DNA of 63,894 bases, filler included, from Octopus bimaculoides (GCF_001194135.2; 5 parts of 5 records of this genome joined end to end with filler, not necessarily neighbours in it); one strand, 5' to 3'; shown: positions 13,166 to 26,825, counted from the first letter of the whole stretch. Notes: generated by a model not told the origin, from the letters alone. Numbers and translations: made by a program.

Positions 13166-13566
13166 TACATGCAATTGAAGGATGAGACTTTTCTCTTATA
13201 TTTCCTGTAAGGAACTGGAATACATATGATTCAAATTTCATCAAAATTGCACATGAGGGTTCTTTCCCTCTTTACACACCCTGAAAAATTCTAATCATGA
13301 GACATGTATCCCATACTATTGATCTTTATGCACATATTCCAAAATTTCAGTCTTCTGGAACCTGTAAAAAGGATTTTGCTTTTAAAAAATGGAGTTCATG
13401 GAGCTCTAAAATGTGGGAATGAAGGCCCCTATTGGGGGTGGGTGTTTTAATGTCAACCAGAGAAGTTGAATTGTTGGGAATGTTTTTAACTTGGGTCTTA
13501 TGGTATGCCTGTATATATGTGAGAGTATAGTCTCACTTTAAGAGTTTCAGTATGAAACTGAAAGTA

Positions 13567-13730
13567 TTAAAGTGAAAGTATTTGAAATTACAGTAGCGAT
13601 ATGTTATTGCTTCACTTTTGACATGTAATACTGAAATAATAGAATACTTTCAGTGTTAAAGTGAAAGTATCTGACATTACAGTAGAGTGATGCTATTGTT
13701 TCAGTTTTGACACGTAATACTGAAATAGTG
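13567..13730. repeat. Tandem duplication, period about 89 bp, roughly two copies
   Basis: ttaaagtgaaagtat..attacagtag..ttttgaca.gtaatactgaaata begins at both 13567 and 13656. Confidence 0.85.
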
Positions 13731-13769
13731 GAGGAGATATGATATTGCTGTGGACTCGAACTATGCAAG

Positions 13770-14905
13770 AAGTTAAAAAGGATCGCTTTAAAGTATTCTC
13801 CATTTAAAGCAATGCAACAGTCCAGACGTGTTTTCCACTGTTCAAAGCAGTGCTGGAACTCTTGCAAAATGATGCCTTCTGACGCCTCTGTCGTTTTTTC
13901 TTCATTTCCTTTACATCTGAAAAACGTTTTCCCTTAAGTACTTTTTTCATTCGGGGGAACAAAAAAATCCACAGGGAGTAAAATCGGGTGAATAGGGAGG
14001 GTAGATGAGCGAACTCATGCTACTTTTGGTCAAAAACTGTCTCACACTCAAGGCGGTGTGTGCAGGCGTATTGTCATGATGAACCAACTGCTTTCCAGTT
14101 TGTCGCAGGTCGCGGCATTTTCGTCTTGCCGCATCTCGCAAACGCTTCAGAACTTCCAAATGTTTGGTTAACAGTTTGACGAGGAGGAAAATAATTCTGT
14201 GTGCTCAATTGCTTTCGCATCAGTGAAAGAAATCAACATCGTCTTGACATTGGACTTCACTTGACGCGCCTTTTTAGAGCGTGGTGACATTGAATGCTTC
14301 CATTGACTTGATTACTGCTTCGTTTCTGGGTCGTAGCCGTAACACCAGCTTTCGTCACAGGTGATGACATTTGGAAAAAGAACAGGATCAACTTCCAGCG
14401 GCTCTTTCAGTTCACGACACGCATTAAGTTCTGACTGTCTTTGATCTTCCGTGAGGAAGCGAGGCACAAATTTTATTGCAACTCCTTTCATTTGCAATTC
14501 CTCGCTCAAAATCCGTTGGTAGGAGCTTCAAGACACACTAGTCATATTAACACGTTCGTCAATTGTTCGGCGACTGTCGTCCAAAGTCAGTTTATGAATT
14601 TCCTGATGTTTTCATTTGTTCGAAATGAGGTTGTAAAGCGTCCTTGTAAACTGTTCGCAGTATGACAACTGTTTTGGCCGCTGTTTTCCTCAGGAGAAAA
14701 CCGAATTTCACGGAAGCATGCTGTTGCTTCGTTTCAGCCATCACAAAAATCGATGAACAGGGGTGAAATACTGCAAAATAATGACGCACTACGATCACAC
14801 ACGCCGGTCCTGAAGCATCAAGGGGCTTTTAGCGGCGGAAGTCTGAACTGCAACTGTCTTGTCCCACAGAGAAAGTTTCCGGTTACTTTTGGGTACCTCC
14901 TCGTA
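13770..14905 (-). mobile_element. Mariner (DD34D-type) transposon relic, one TIR visible
   Basis: KFVPRFLTEDQ, VITCDESWCYGYDPETKQ, HHDNTPAHTALSVRQFL, PPYSPDF and GEYFK. TIR reverse complement ta-cgaggaggtacccaaaagtaaccgg at 14878-14905. About 30 codons of the HTH are deleted. Confidence 0.93.
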
Positions 14906-17019
14906 TAACTTTTTTATAAGCAAACAATTTGAAAATTGTCATAAAACTTTTATAGAATCTTTTATTATTGTACATTAAGTGCACTAACATCCACTTGCAT
15001 AGGTGCCTTTCGGTAATTTTTGTATCCATTCTTGTAATTTATAACGCCATTCTCTGCTCATTCGCATAAATCCAATACGCTTCTTTAATCCTTCTAAAAT
15101 CTACATTGAGGATTAGACATTGATTCGTTGAGGTACCTTATTAGGACTGAAAAATGACTGGAATCATCACCAACCTATCTATTTATAACTTTTTTAATTG
15201 TATGTATATGATTATTCCTCTTTAAATTTGACAAATGAAAATAGCAGTCAATCTGTTTACATCCTCAACTAACGCAGTAGCTACAGAGAACTAGAGCCAC
15301 TAATTTGCAAACTATAAATATTTAACACTTTATTTAATATCATGATCCTATCATCGGGGATCTTAGCTCACATAGTATAAAGGTATGATGTAATATGGAC
15401 GTTACACTTGAACTTTGACCCAACTGACGCTGTCACGTGATAAAGAAGTTTTCTTAACATTTTGCGATATTCGGGGAAGTATGTTGGAGTTAGGTCATCT
15501 TTCGTGCTTGAAACATAAAATCTATTTACTAATCTCATAAGTTACTCTGCAGGTACTGCTTCAATTATAGGGACCATAAAAATTGAACTACATATAATAA
15601 ATGGAAGAATATTTCAGGATTTCTTGATCGTAAATAAGTTATAGCTGTGTTATTCGTCTTCAGCTAAATCCATTATTTGTGACATATTCTGACTCATGAG
15701 AAGGGAATTATTTGTTAAGATATTATTAATTCCAAAATTATTGCATTGGTTAAGTTCGTTGAATTTCTTTAACTTTCTGTCTTTGTGGGCACCATTTATT
15801 TATTTCATTTTTTATAAGAGACGTCTATGAATGTTAATATAGCTTAGAATAAAAAAAATTATATTTACTTTTTAGGAGATCATTAAAGTTTCGTTGATTT
15901 GCATATTCAGTTCAGTAAATAATATAAACCGTTACTTCACACTTAGGTAAATATCCCTTTAGATCACTCGTTTAAACTGTTGCCATGGATGAATTACTAC
16001 TCGGTAAGTCACTAACTGCTAGTTTATATTCAGTTTCAAATTAATGCCTGGGATTACAAGGTAAACACTTTGGTTACAAAGACTCACACAGATAAACAAG
16101 CTCATATACACATGTAAATGGGCGTGCATGCACTCACATGTAACTACACATACAAACAAACAAACATACATATAACACAACTAACTCACAATACCGTAGT
16201 TTGATTACCATTTTCTTAAGGAATCATTCACTGGTTCATAATATTTGCATTGGCGATAGTTAAAAGGCATTGCCTATTACTTGGTGATGCGGAACAACTA
16301 ATTTTAGCGGGGAATTCTTTCAAAAGGCATTGTTTTCTTTCTTCACTGATGTTTACATACTTTGCTAATATGGACTACCGGAAGATAAATTCATGCATGT
16401 GTGTGCATACACGCACGCATATCATATGAGTATAGTCTATGAATGATAATAGATAGCAAGTTCAATATTAGCAAGAAGTGACTTGCAGTCATCAGATGAT
16501 GAATAGCAAACTTGCTCAAGATAATGTTGTAAGATTCAATCATAATTTTCACAAACCTGATTAATAATAACAGTGGAAAATCAGTTCTGAGATATTCGAT
16601 AAGTGGTCCTCTATCATAATAAAGCGTTAGAAGGTGGTAGAATCGTAGAGAAGATTAAATATATCACAAAATACTTCACTCTCCAATACTAAGAAGCGAC
16701 TCTGTAACACAATTTGGTTTATATTTTTTGATATACGTTTTCTAATAAACCGACGGTATAGAAAGTTTTTCTGGGGGGTTTTCGGGGGTTAAACACCATA
16801 TATTTTATTAGCAAACTCAATTACAATTGCTTCTTTTCAGGGCCGAGGTCAGCGTTCTCATTGATCGCTAGTTGTAGTAAACACATTTGACCTCTGCTGA
16901 CCCGAAGGGTATGAGGCCTCTTTTGTCTCCTTATTGCACAGGAATGTCCATTGCTGACCGCCTCACCATCTGCCGAATCTACTTACAGACCTGTATGTTT
17001 TGGTGTATTCACCAATCTG

Positions 17020-18663
17020 CTACTCTTCCTCCTTCTCTTCATACCACTAACACTGCGTCTGAGAAAAGCAAAAGCTGGGTATGTATTCAAAAGCCGCTAA
17101 CAAAAAGTCAAGCATTTGTTATTCATGGATGACCTCAAACTTTATGGTAAAGTCAGTTTCCTCGTTGATACGGTGTATATTTTCAGTGCTGATACCAGAA
17201 TGGAGTTCGGACTGAAAAAGTGTGTATGGACGGGTTAGGGATACCGTCGGGGGCGGTTATGAAGCAGATAGAAGAGACAGGCTTTAAGTACTTGGGGATT
17301 TTGGAAATGAATAAATTGATGGAGAAAGAAATGACAGAAAAATTTAAGGTAGAGTACTTCCGCAGACTGAAACTGATCCTTAAATCGAAATTAAATGGAC
17401 GGAATAAGATTGAAGCTATCAACACCTGGGCGGTTTCACTCTTTAGATATGGAGCAGGGGTAATCGCATGGACAGTAGACGAACTAAACAGCTCAGAAAG
17501 AAAGACTAGGAAGTTGCTAACTAGATATGGGACACTCTACCTAAAAAGTGACACAGACAGACTGTATGTACCAAGAAAAAGAGGGGAAGAGAACTCAGTG
17601 GATACGAAAACAGCATTAGAACAGAAGAAAACAACATAGCTTGGTATGTACAAAATGGCACCGAACCGCTATTATTAGAAGTAAAAAGGTCAGGCTTGTG
17701 TAAGATGAAAGATTGCTAAGATAAAGCACCATACAAGAAATTGAAAATGAATGAAACTGAAAATAGGTGGGTAACGAACAGAATGCATGGTCAATTTCAT
17801 AGGGATGTTGATGATAAGACAGACAGAGAAAAAAGATAGCTGTGGATGACTAAAAGTGATGTAAAACCAGAAGCGGAAGCTCTAATCTGTGTTGCCCAAG
17901 AGCAAGCCCTAAGAACCAACTACATAAAATACAGAATAGACAACGCTTCAGAAAGTGATAAGTGCAGAATCTGTGAACAAAATCGTGAAACCGTATGGCA
18001 TATTACCAGCCAATGTACGCCACTAGCCCAGAAGGAATATAAGAGACGCCACGACAGTATAGCCAGGCTTGTCCATTGGAAACTTTGCAACAAGTATAAA
18101 CTTGACAGAGCAAGACATTGGTACGACCACAAACCTGAAGGCATCGTCGAAACTAGAAATGCAAAGATCCTATGGAATTTTATTATTCAGTGCCACCATG
18201 ATATAGAGAACAGGAAGCCAGACATTGTCTTAATTGAGAAAGAAAACAAACGATGCTGGATCATAGATATAGCATGCCCAGCTGACAACAAGATATGCGA
18301 TAAGGAAGAAAGAAAAGTCGATATGACAGGTTAGCTTGGGAAGTGAAGTAGTTTTTGGTCGATGAAAAAGGTAGCTGTAGTACCAATAATTGTGAACAGT
18401 AAGAAAAAATTTCGAGAAATACGTGGAACAAATAGGGGCTGCACTAAGAGTGGAGCACTTGCAGAAAACAGCACTGCTTGGAACCGCTCGAATACTCCGA
18501 AAGGTGCTCAAAAAATAACAAAAACACCAGGACTTACAAATATATATAACATACAGAAAATTGCACTACTGGGCACTGCACACACCACAGCACATACCCA
18601 AGGCACACAGAGCTGCGCTCGGTAGTGAAGTGAAAGCACGTTATAAAAATAAAACTACTGAAC

Positions 18664-18700
<37 letters not shown>
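17020..18700 (+). mobile_element. 5'-truncated R4/Dong/Rex6-like RLE LINE ending in (TAA)n
   Basis: HLLFMDDLKLYGK (RT catalytic), YLGILE, KLNGRNKIEAINTWAV, CRICEQNRETVWHITSQC (CCHC) and KPDIVLIEK..IIDIACP (RLE), followed by a (TAA)n tail. Confidence 0.93.
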
Positions 18701-18702
<2 letters not shown>

Positions 18703-18897
18703 CTCCCCACCAGAAATTACCAAAAACACATAATGAAAANNNNNNNNNNNNNNNNNNNNNNNNNNNNNNNNNNNNNNNNNNNNTTAATTAATTAANNNNN
18801 NNNNNNNNNNNNNNNNNNNNNNNNNNNNNNNNNNNNNNNATATATATATATATGTTTCTCTCTTACCCTCCCTTTCTCTTTTTCCCCCCTCTCTCTG

Positions 18898-18944
<47 letters not shown>

Positions 18945-19708
18945 TTGTTTCTGTGTGCGTGTGTATGTTTATATGTGTTTGTATGCGTGCATTTATGTAC
19001 ACAGCATTCTAAGTATGGTTTCCTGTGCATATATTCCTTCCTTCCTTTCTTTCCATTTTCCTCCTTTTACATATATTTTATATTCTTCATATATCGTAGC
19101 GTGATGTTAATATTGATATTGCGGATGTCGCTTATGTTACTGATATTTTTTTTTCTTGTTCATTATTACTGTTATTGTTTATGTTATTGTTAACATAATA
19201 GATTCTGATATTGTTGATGTTGTTGTTGTTGTGACCTGACCAGCGAATAAAAATTCTTATCTTCAGAAAATCATCTGTAAGTCATATATATAATAGGATA
19301 ATCTCTTTTGTATTCGATGTGCAAGCAACATTATTTGCATTCTTTGACATTCTTCAAGCCATGAATAACATATATATTTTAAAAAAAAAAACACTGAAAT
19401 CTTACGGGTTATCGTTTAATTATTTTCAGTACCTCAGCGGCACAATGGATGCGTGTGCTTAAAGTCACTTGTTTTACAACTAAAGATTTTATTTGTATGA
19501 AAATATTCAAGTGTTATGTACCAAAGTACATGTGAAGTTATGTGGCAAAAAAATACATTTCGTCGTACTGGATTCCAGTTCTTTCCAGGTATATTCTACA
19601 ATGGCCTTGGAATTTATCAATGTCTAGTCACATAAAATTTGTTCGATGAAACTCCACGGAGGGCCACTGTATGCAAAGACACACATATGTGTATATTTAC
19701 ATGTATAT

Positions 19709-19764
<56 letters not shown>

Positions 19765-19838
19765 NNNNNNNNNNNNNNNNNNNNNNNNNNNNNNNNNNNN
19801 NNNNNNNNNNNNNNNNNNNNNTATATATATATATACAT

Positions 19839-20130
19839 ATACATATAAGAGGAATGACTATTAGGTGGACTCCTGATATGCTAAATGTAGACCCCATATG
19901 GTCTGACCACTAAGAAAAATTTCTTTTTTCATTTCTCTTACCCGCTTTACGCTCTGGCGTTTGCCGAATTTTCTTGAGAACAATTTTTCTCAGTGGTCAG
20001 ACCATATGGGGTTTACATTTAGCATATCAGGAGTCTACCTAGTGGTCATTCCTCTTATATGTATGTAATATAATTTTCTGAATCTTCAGATTTTTTACAA
20101 TATGCTAGGCCACTGGTTTAAATTGATATT
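19839..20130. repeat. Foldback element (about 80-bp arms) plus unique flank; same family as 27010-27291
   Basis: 19839-19920 is the reverse complement of 19983-20066; the flank gctaggccactggtttaaattgatatt is shared with the 27 kb copy. Confidence 0.9.
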
Positions 20131-20159
20131 AATTTAATATCAATTTTTTACCCTTATTT

Positions 20160-20325
20160 AAGTGTGTGTTTACGTCCACGTAACTTAACAGTTTGACCAA
20201 AGACGCCGATAGAATAAGTATCAAAACTTCAAAAATAATTAGTACTGGTGCCGATTCATTTGACTACAAATTTTCCAAGACGGCGCTCCAGCATGGCCGC
20301 AGTCTCATAACTGAAACAAGTAGTT
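20160..20325 (+). mobile_element. SINE family B, 3' half
   Basis: gtgtttacgtcc..gtaactta..gatagaataagta..gctccagcatggccgcagtc..ctgaaacaagta. Confidence 0.85.
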
Positions 20326-20499
20326 AAAAGCTTACCAGGTACGACAAGGTCATATTACTCATTTGGCAGAAGAATTGTAGCGACTATAAATTGTAAATTT
20401 GAAGCTATGTTCTGAATTAGGTTGAAAATTTAATTCGAATCCAACGCGGTTAAATCTATATTTCAACATTACATTAAATTTCGGCATCACGTATCAATA

Positions 20500-20550
20500 A
20501 TGGTAGATTGGCTTGCACTCAAATCGCCCGCGCATGCGCCCTCGTCAGTT
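20500..20550. promoter_or_regulatory. Candidate (possibly bidirectional) promoter
   Basis: Palindromic NRF1 motif GCGCATGCGC at 20530-20539, ATTGG upstream and Inr-like TCAGTT at 20545-20550. Candidate donors on both strands: minus CTG|GTAAGC at 20336, plus AAG|GTAATA at 20638. Confidence 0.4.
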
Positions 20551-20928
20551 TTGTACGTAGTGAAAACAAGTGAAATAAGCTGATGGATCCACGTTTTAAT
20601 TAGCAATAACTTGATTGGATAATAAATTAGTTAGGAAGGTAATAGAGAGTAAAGGTGATATATCTCACCTTTACCATGATGGCAATAAATCGATGGTGTA
20701 ATTTAGTTACTGCTGTGGTTGTTCTTGACGTTGTTGTTGTGGAATGTTCTCAGCTCTGGAATTGTGTGGACCCATAAAGGTACTTAGCGATAATAATTAA
20801 CACCGGGGTAAACGAGTCGATAACAAGTTCGCTTCGCAACAATAAGATCCCAGGTTTCACTCACCTTCTTGATAACCTGGGTGAGGTCGTTGGTGAAATT
20901 TGCTTTGACGGAAATTGTATAGAATCCC

Positions 20929-21164
20929 TGAAGGCGGTGAGCTGGTAGAAACGTTAGCACGCCGAGCGAAATGCTTAGAGGTAGTTTGTCTGCTGTTACG
21001 TTCTGAGTTCAAAATTCCGCCGAGGTTGACTTTGCCTTTCATCCTTTCGGGGTCGATAAATTAAGTACCAGTTACGCACTGGGGTCGATGTAATCGACTT
21101 AATCCATTTGTCTGTCCTTGTTTGTCCCCTCTGTGTTTAGCTCCTTGTGGGCAATAAAGAATAA
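20929..21164 (+). mobile_element. Full-length SINE family A copy with 19-bp TSD
   Basis: ggaaattgtatagaatccc flanks it at 20910-20928 and 21165-21183. Confidence 0.93.
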
Positions 21165-21289
21165 GGAAATTGTATAGAATCCCGTCGAATGTATTGTGTC
21201 TAAAATTCAAATGACCGCTCTTGTCATACACTGTGTGATGTTGATTGTACTAGAGTATTACATCGATGTTACATGTATGCCTGTCGAGG

Positions 21290-21480
21290 GTTCATGGCCT
21301 AGTGGTCAAGTTGCTGCAATCACCATCGTGAGATCGTGGTTTCAATTCCTGGACCGGGTGGTGAGTTGTGTTGTCGAGCAAAACACTTCGACACATGACA
21401 CGAGGTGTACGACGAACGAATACAGATTCACATCCATTTGATCACTACATGTAGAGGTTGTTGAGGTTATTCAGCAACAA
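21290..21480 (+). mobile_element. Degenerate tRNA-headed SINE (family E)
   Basis: A-box tggcctagtggtc, B-box-like gtttcaattcc, then gagcaaaacactt, as in the copy at 29123. Confidence 0.65.
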
Positions 21481-21689
21481 ATTGCAGAACCGTCTTTATC
21501 GGACAAAGAGAGACAGACTATCATCGTCGTCATCATCCCTACACATGCTTCTGCAGAATATTCAGCCACTTTCACTATAATAGAGGATAAATTTAACCTG
21601 TAATTCTAAGATCAGCCTTCTATGTCAAACTTCTTGTATTTCTTTTATTTTTATAAGAAAGCCCAAAACCGTTACAAGTATTTTTTTAT

Positions 21690-21830
21690 ATGTAGACATG
21701 ATCCAAAAAGTTCAGTTCTTGAATTTAGACATGTGGCGGGGTCCAAGGAACTTTTCCAGATGAGCCATCTTTCCATATCACAAAGACCGCACCTACCACT
21801 ACCGCTGGTATAAGGTTTACACTTATTATC
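21690..21830 (-). mobile_element. Penelope GIY-YIG C-terminal remnant
   Basis: KPYTSGSGRCGLCDMERWLIWKSSLDPATCLNSRTELFGSCLH matches the Penelope pattern PY...CNLCL.EK..I.....LN.R.EL...CRH. Confidence 0.75.
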
Positions 21831-21895
21831 TTTCTTAAAGTAGTGACATTGAATAATAATAGAATTAACGGTACCTTTCTAAATTAATTATACAC

Positions 21896-21927
<32 letters not shown>

Positions 21928-23702
21928 NNNNNNNNNNNNNNNNNNNNNNNNNNNNNNNNNNNNNNNNNNNNNNNNNNNNNNNNNNNNNNNNNNNNNNNNN
22001 NNNNNNNNNNNNNNNNNNNNNNNNNNNNNNNNNNNNNNNNNNNNNNNNNNNNNNNNNNNNNNNNNNNNNNNNNNNNNNNNNNNNNNNNNNNNNNNNNNNN
22101 NNNNNNNNNNNNNNNNNNNNNNNNNNNNNNNNNNNNNNNNNNNNNNNNNNNNNNNNNNNNNNNNNNNNNNNNNNNNNNNNNNNNNNNNNNNNNNNNNNNN
22201 NNNNNNNNNNNNNNNNNNNNNNNNNNNNNNNNNNNNNNNNNNNNNNNNNNNNNNNNNNNNNNNNNNNNNNNNNNNNNNNNNNNNNNNNNNNNNNNNNNNN
22301 NNNNNNNNNNNNNNNNNNNNNNNNNNNNNNNNNNNNNNNNNNNNNNNNNNNNNNNNNNNNNNNNNNNNNNNNNNNNNNNNNNNNNNNNNNNNNNNNNNNN
22401 NNNNNNNNNNNNNNNNNNNNNNNNNNNNNNNNNNNNNNNNNNNNNNNNNNNNNNNNNNNNNNNNNNNNNNNNNNNCGTTGGATAGCAGCCATCGAATGTC
22501 TTCTACATGTTTCCTTAAATTTATATTAATGTTGGTGACTTTTGTGTCGTTAATTGCAAACTTTTAACGGTGCTATAACTGATTCTTTCACTTACTTTTA
22601 GCCCCCTTCGAATCACGCCTTATAGGTTTCTCAGGGCGAAATTACAGAATAAGTAGATAGATAGAAAACACGAGGAAAAACAGAACGACGTGATTAGCCC
22701 TAATTTGAATGATATTAAGCATTAGCCTAATGAGGATAATCCGATCGAGGACTATACAACAACAGCAACAAATGAAATATTGTATAAAGTAGTTTTACAT
22801 ACATTGTATACGGCGAAAACCGACAGGATAGTCATTGGTGGAATTGTTTTGCTCGGCATGTCTGCTTCATCAGATCTGATTTAGGATCAGATTGTACCAA
22901 AGATACTGTAGCTGTCGATTGCATGAGAGATCCTCTTGAAATAGCAGCCACATCTCCCCCAAAGTTCTCCCTAGCATCATAAAAGTGAACCCCGCACTGG
23001 ATTATATATTCCTATATGTACTATTTGAGATGGTCGTGGCTGGGATACATTTGAGTTTATGACTCCTGGATCAGAGATAACTTGAGATTAAAAACGAGTA
23101 AATATATAGGTCGCGTGGTGGAAGTTTTATCAGATTAGAGATAAGATTTTCTGGCGAGTTTTATTCGGCACAATACCTCATTCATTTTTTTTTTTTTTAA
23201 GTTTCAATCGTATGACTGCGGCCGTGCTGGAACAATGCCTTAATTTATTTTCGCTCTGAGTTCAAAACTCACCCACCCCTTCTGAGGCCGATACAAATAG
23301 CACCAGTCAAGGATAATTGATAGACATAAACGTTAGACATTCGGATAAGACCTCTTTTTCGTATTTCTTCAGGTTCTTTGGGATCTGAGCTCAATTCCGG
23401 CTATTGCCTACAAGCCAGGTAGAATTCGTTCGTCTTTCATTTTAACACTGCCATCTGGGACTTGAGAGTCTTTGAAGAAGTGTACTTTGTTCCAAACATT
23501 GCATTCAGGTCTCTGGTTTCAGAGTACTGTCTTCGCCTCAGCCCCCACCTCACAACAGCGTTAGCGGCCCGGTAAAGGGTCGTGTGCATTGTCTTTCAAT
23601 TCTGGTTGAAAGATATACCAACAACAAAAAGAACAACGATATCTCAACTATAAACAATCTTCAAGAACTGTATCGAACCTAATTTTTTTCAATTTGCTTC
23701 AG

Positions 23703-23768
<66 letters not shown>

Positions 23769-23770
23769 CA

Positions 23771-23805
<35 letters not shown>

Positions 23806-23884
23806 ATTTATTTATCTATCTATCTATCTATCTGTCTATCTATCGATCGATCGATTGATCGATCGATCGATTGATCGATCTATC

Positions 23885-23940
<56 letters not shown>

Positions 23941-24992
23941 TATATAAGTGTTTGCATACGAACATATATATATATACGTATTCATATATATATATACATA
24001 CATGCATACATATTTTTATATATGTGTGTATGTATGTATGTATGTATGCATTGGTTAATTAAACGCAGCCATAACAACACACATAATTAAATGAATAATT
24101 GATCAATTGATCAATTAATTAGTTATTTAATTAAAATCACGACACCTTTATACATTCATCATGCCGAACAAAGTGATCGAACGAGGACAGCGAAGGAGAG
24201 AAAGAGAGAAAGAGAAGGATAGAGAGAGATATGGAGAGAGAGAAACAGACTGACAGAGAAAGAGAGAGACTAATGGAATCTAAGCGGTTTGATTTGTGAG
24301 TCGCTGATTTAATGAGATGAAAGAATAAATATATTTAGGAAAAAATGTCACTAACAGCCTTTCAAAGTTAATGCCTCTTGACAGATTTGGTAGTACACGG
24401 TAGTCTTTTTGAATGATGTATACTTACCTATTTCAATGAGAGACTAATTTCCAAAGTAGATTCTATCATAAAGATATTGTTATGATTGTATAAGATTGAA
24501 ATTTAGACATATATTTATGATTAATAGAGTTGCTTTATATGTATCTTCATAACGTTATACATAACTGTTATTATTTTATCCTTATTCTGGAATTGGTGTA
24601 TTAGCAGAATAGTTAAACGAACGGTAAAAATGGATGCTTTTTAAAATTTTTTTTAGAAATATTTCTTCTGGATCTTTACATCTCTATCTCAAATCACGCC
24701 GGCCGTATTCAAATTTTTTGTTTCTAACTTCCGAGGTCGATGAACTTAAATATTGGGATAGATGGTAAGGACGAAACATCTCTTAAAATCACTAGTCTTG
24801 TGTCTAACCAATAACCATTATATATATTACAGCTTTTGTTTTAATGATTCCAGAAGGGGACTTCGTCTATGATACAGAACAGTCTTCAAAGTTATACCGT
24901 TTGTGATGGCATATAAAACGCAATTTTTTTCAAAAAAAAAAAATAAAACATAAAAGAAAATATCTCAAATTGTCCACCCAAATTCCATAACC

Positions 24993-25389
24993 TGGCAGAG
25001 GATTGTCACATGACTGGCCTTACAAATGTTTGTAAGTTCCCCGCTACGCCCGTGAGTTACTGACAATGTTTAGCGTCGAAAGTTAAGGCTGTCACGGTTG
25101 ACTTAGTACTAGTCTAGTGCTAGTACTAACCAATCAAACTCTGAATGTTTTCTGTCAAGTGTTTGCAGAGAATGAACACGTGATTAAGTTTAGAACCTAC
25201 TGTACCTTTCTCGCTACTTCACAGAAAATATTCAGAGCATTGATTGTTTAGTGCCACCACTAGACTTGTTCGGTCAACAGTGTCGGCCTTAAATTACGAC
25301 GTTAAACATTGTCACTTGATACTAAATTACGGACGTAGCGGGGAACCTACAAAAATTTCTAAGACCAGTCATGTGACTATCCTCTACCA
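24993..25389. mobile_element. MITE-like element with about 165-bp imperfect TIRs
   Basis: gg(c/t)agaggat(t/a)gtcacatgactgg..gttccccgctacg..gacaatgttta.cgtcg..aagtctagtg..ctctgaat.ttttctgt is present in both orientations. No clear TSD. Confidence 0.8.
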
Positions 25390-25641
25390 ATCAAATCCTA
25401 TTCAAAACATATACTAATTTGAGCCATGAACTCCCTATAAAAATTGGGCAAGCTTCAAACACTAGTCAGAAGCAAAACAACTGCGACATATTTCAATTTT
25501 TTGAAAATTAGTGTAAACTGTGAAACCAGTTAAATCTTTAGATATAATAATAATGAAAATTGTTTTAACTATTCTCAGTGCATTTTCAACTTTTATTTTT
25601 CATATACATACATATATATATATTATATAAAATGGAGTGGG

Positions 25642-26145
25642 AAATAGCACAGAAGTAAATCTCAGACATTTCAATTTAGAAAGAATTTAATAAAGTGATT
25701 TGAAAATTGTATAAAGACAATATAGAATATTACAGGTTTCGATGATGAATCTTATCAAATATTAGTAAAAATTTATAAAAATTTGAAGTAAAAACAGTTT
25801 ATTTTCTGTTTGGGGGTCAAAAACATATCTGGAGGTTTTTTTTCGCTATATATAGCTTATATATAGTTCTTTAAATAAAGTATGGTATATCTCTAATACC
25901 TTGAACTCAATACCAAACTATATTTAAAGAAGACTTCAATGAAAAAACTCCAGACATATTTTTGACCCCCAAACAGAAGATGAACTATTTTTACTTAAAC
26001 TTTTTATAAATGTTTACTAATATTTGATAAGATGAGATCCGTCATGGAAACCGTTAACATTCTATGTTATTTTTATATAATTTTAAAATCATTTTATCAA
26101 ATTCTTTCTAAATGGAAATGTCTTAGATTTACTTCTGTGCTATTT
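25642..26145. mobile_element. Foldback element with about 245-bp imperfect arms; right end runs into an N gap
   Basis: aaatagcacagaagtaaatct...ttctgtttgggggtcaaaaa..tctggag at left, and its reverse complement ending ..tttacttctgtgctattt at right. Confidence 0.85.
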
Positions 26146-26825
26146 NNNNNNNNNNNNNNNNNNNNNNNNNNNNNNNNNNNNNNNNNNNNNNNNNNNNNNN
26201 NTATATATATATATATATATATAGCAAATATAAGAAAAGAACGAAGAACAAACGCAAGAAAAAACAACAACACGAGGACGTGGTACATACAAAATATTAA
26301 CAGACGCTCAGGGAACGAAAGAAAGGTGGTTTTAAGTTTCGAGCAAAGCTCTGTCAGAAACAAGAGACGGGGGAAAGTCCAAGAGAAATGGAAGTGTTTC
26401 TCTAAATTTAGCCAGTATCATGCTATTTTTAATCGACACACCGTGAAGGTATTCATACGACAACTCTGCTAATTTAGAGCAGCTTATGTATCGCATGAAC
26501 AATAGCAAAATGCGGCAAAGGTTCAATAACCCACCTACTGGATGTACTTAAGAATATCAAATATGATATCATAACTAAAGAAGATAAAATGTTTGTATAT
26601 ATCAATTTTCAACATTAAAATGTGGAAGATTACATAGAATCAGTTTAATATTCATTCTTGTACTTAATTATTCACTTATTAGGTGGTTTCTATAAAGACT
26701 GCTCAGGGCATTTAGTTATGGAATACTGGAAAGATAAACATGCTATCTATATATTAATTATAAATAAAGATGTGTATAGAAACACACACATAATTACACT
26801 AGTGCACACATACACACATACACAA

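Noticed and set aside
16841-16990. Two small plus-strand segments with good splice signals
   Set aside because: The first has stops in all three frames and the implied intron is only about 30 nt.
18784-18795. TTAATTAATTAA islands inside N runs (also near 30956, 41028 and 62718)
   Set aside because: An identical 12-mer flanked by equal N blocks at four places indicates a scaffolding linker, not biology.
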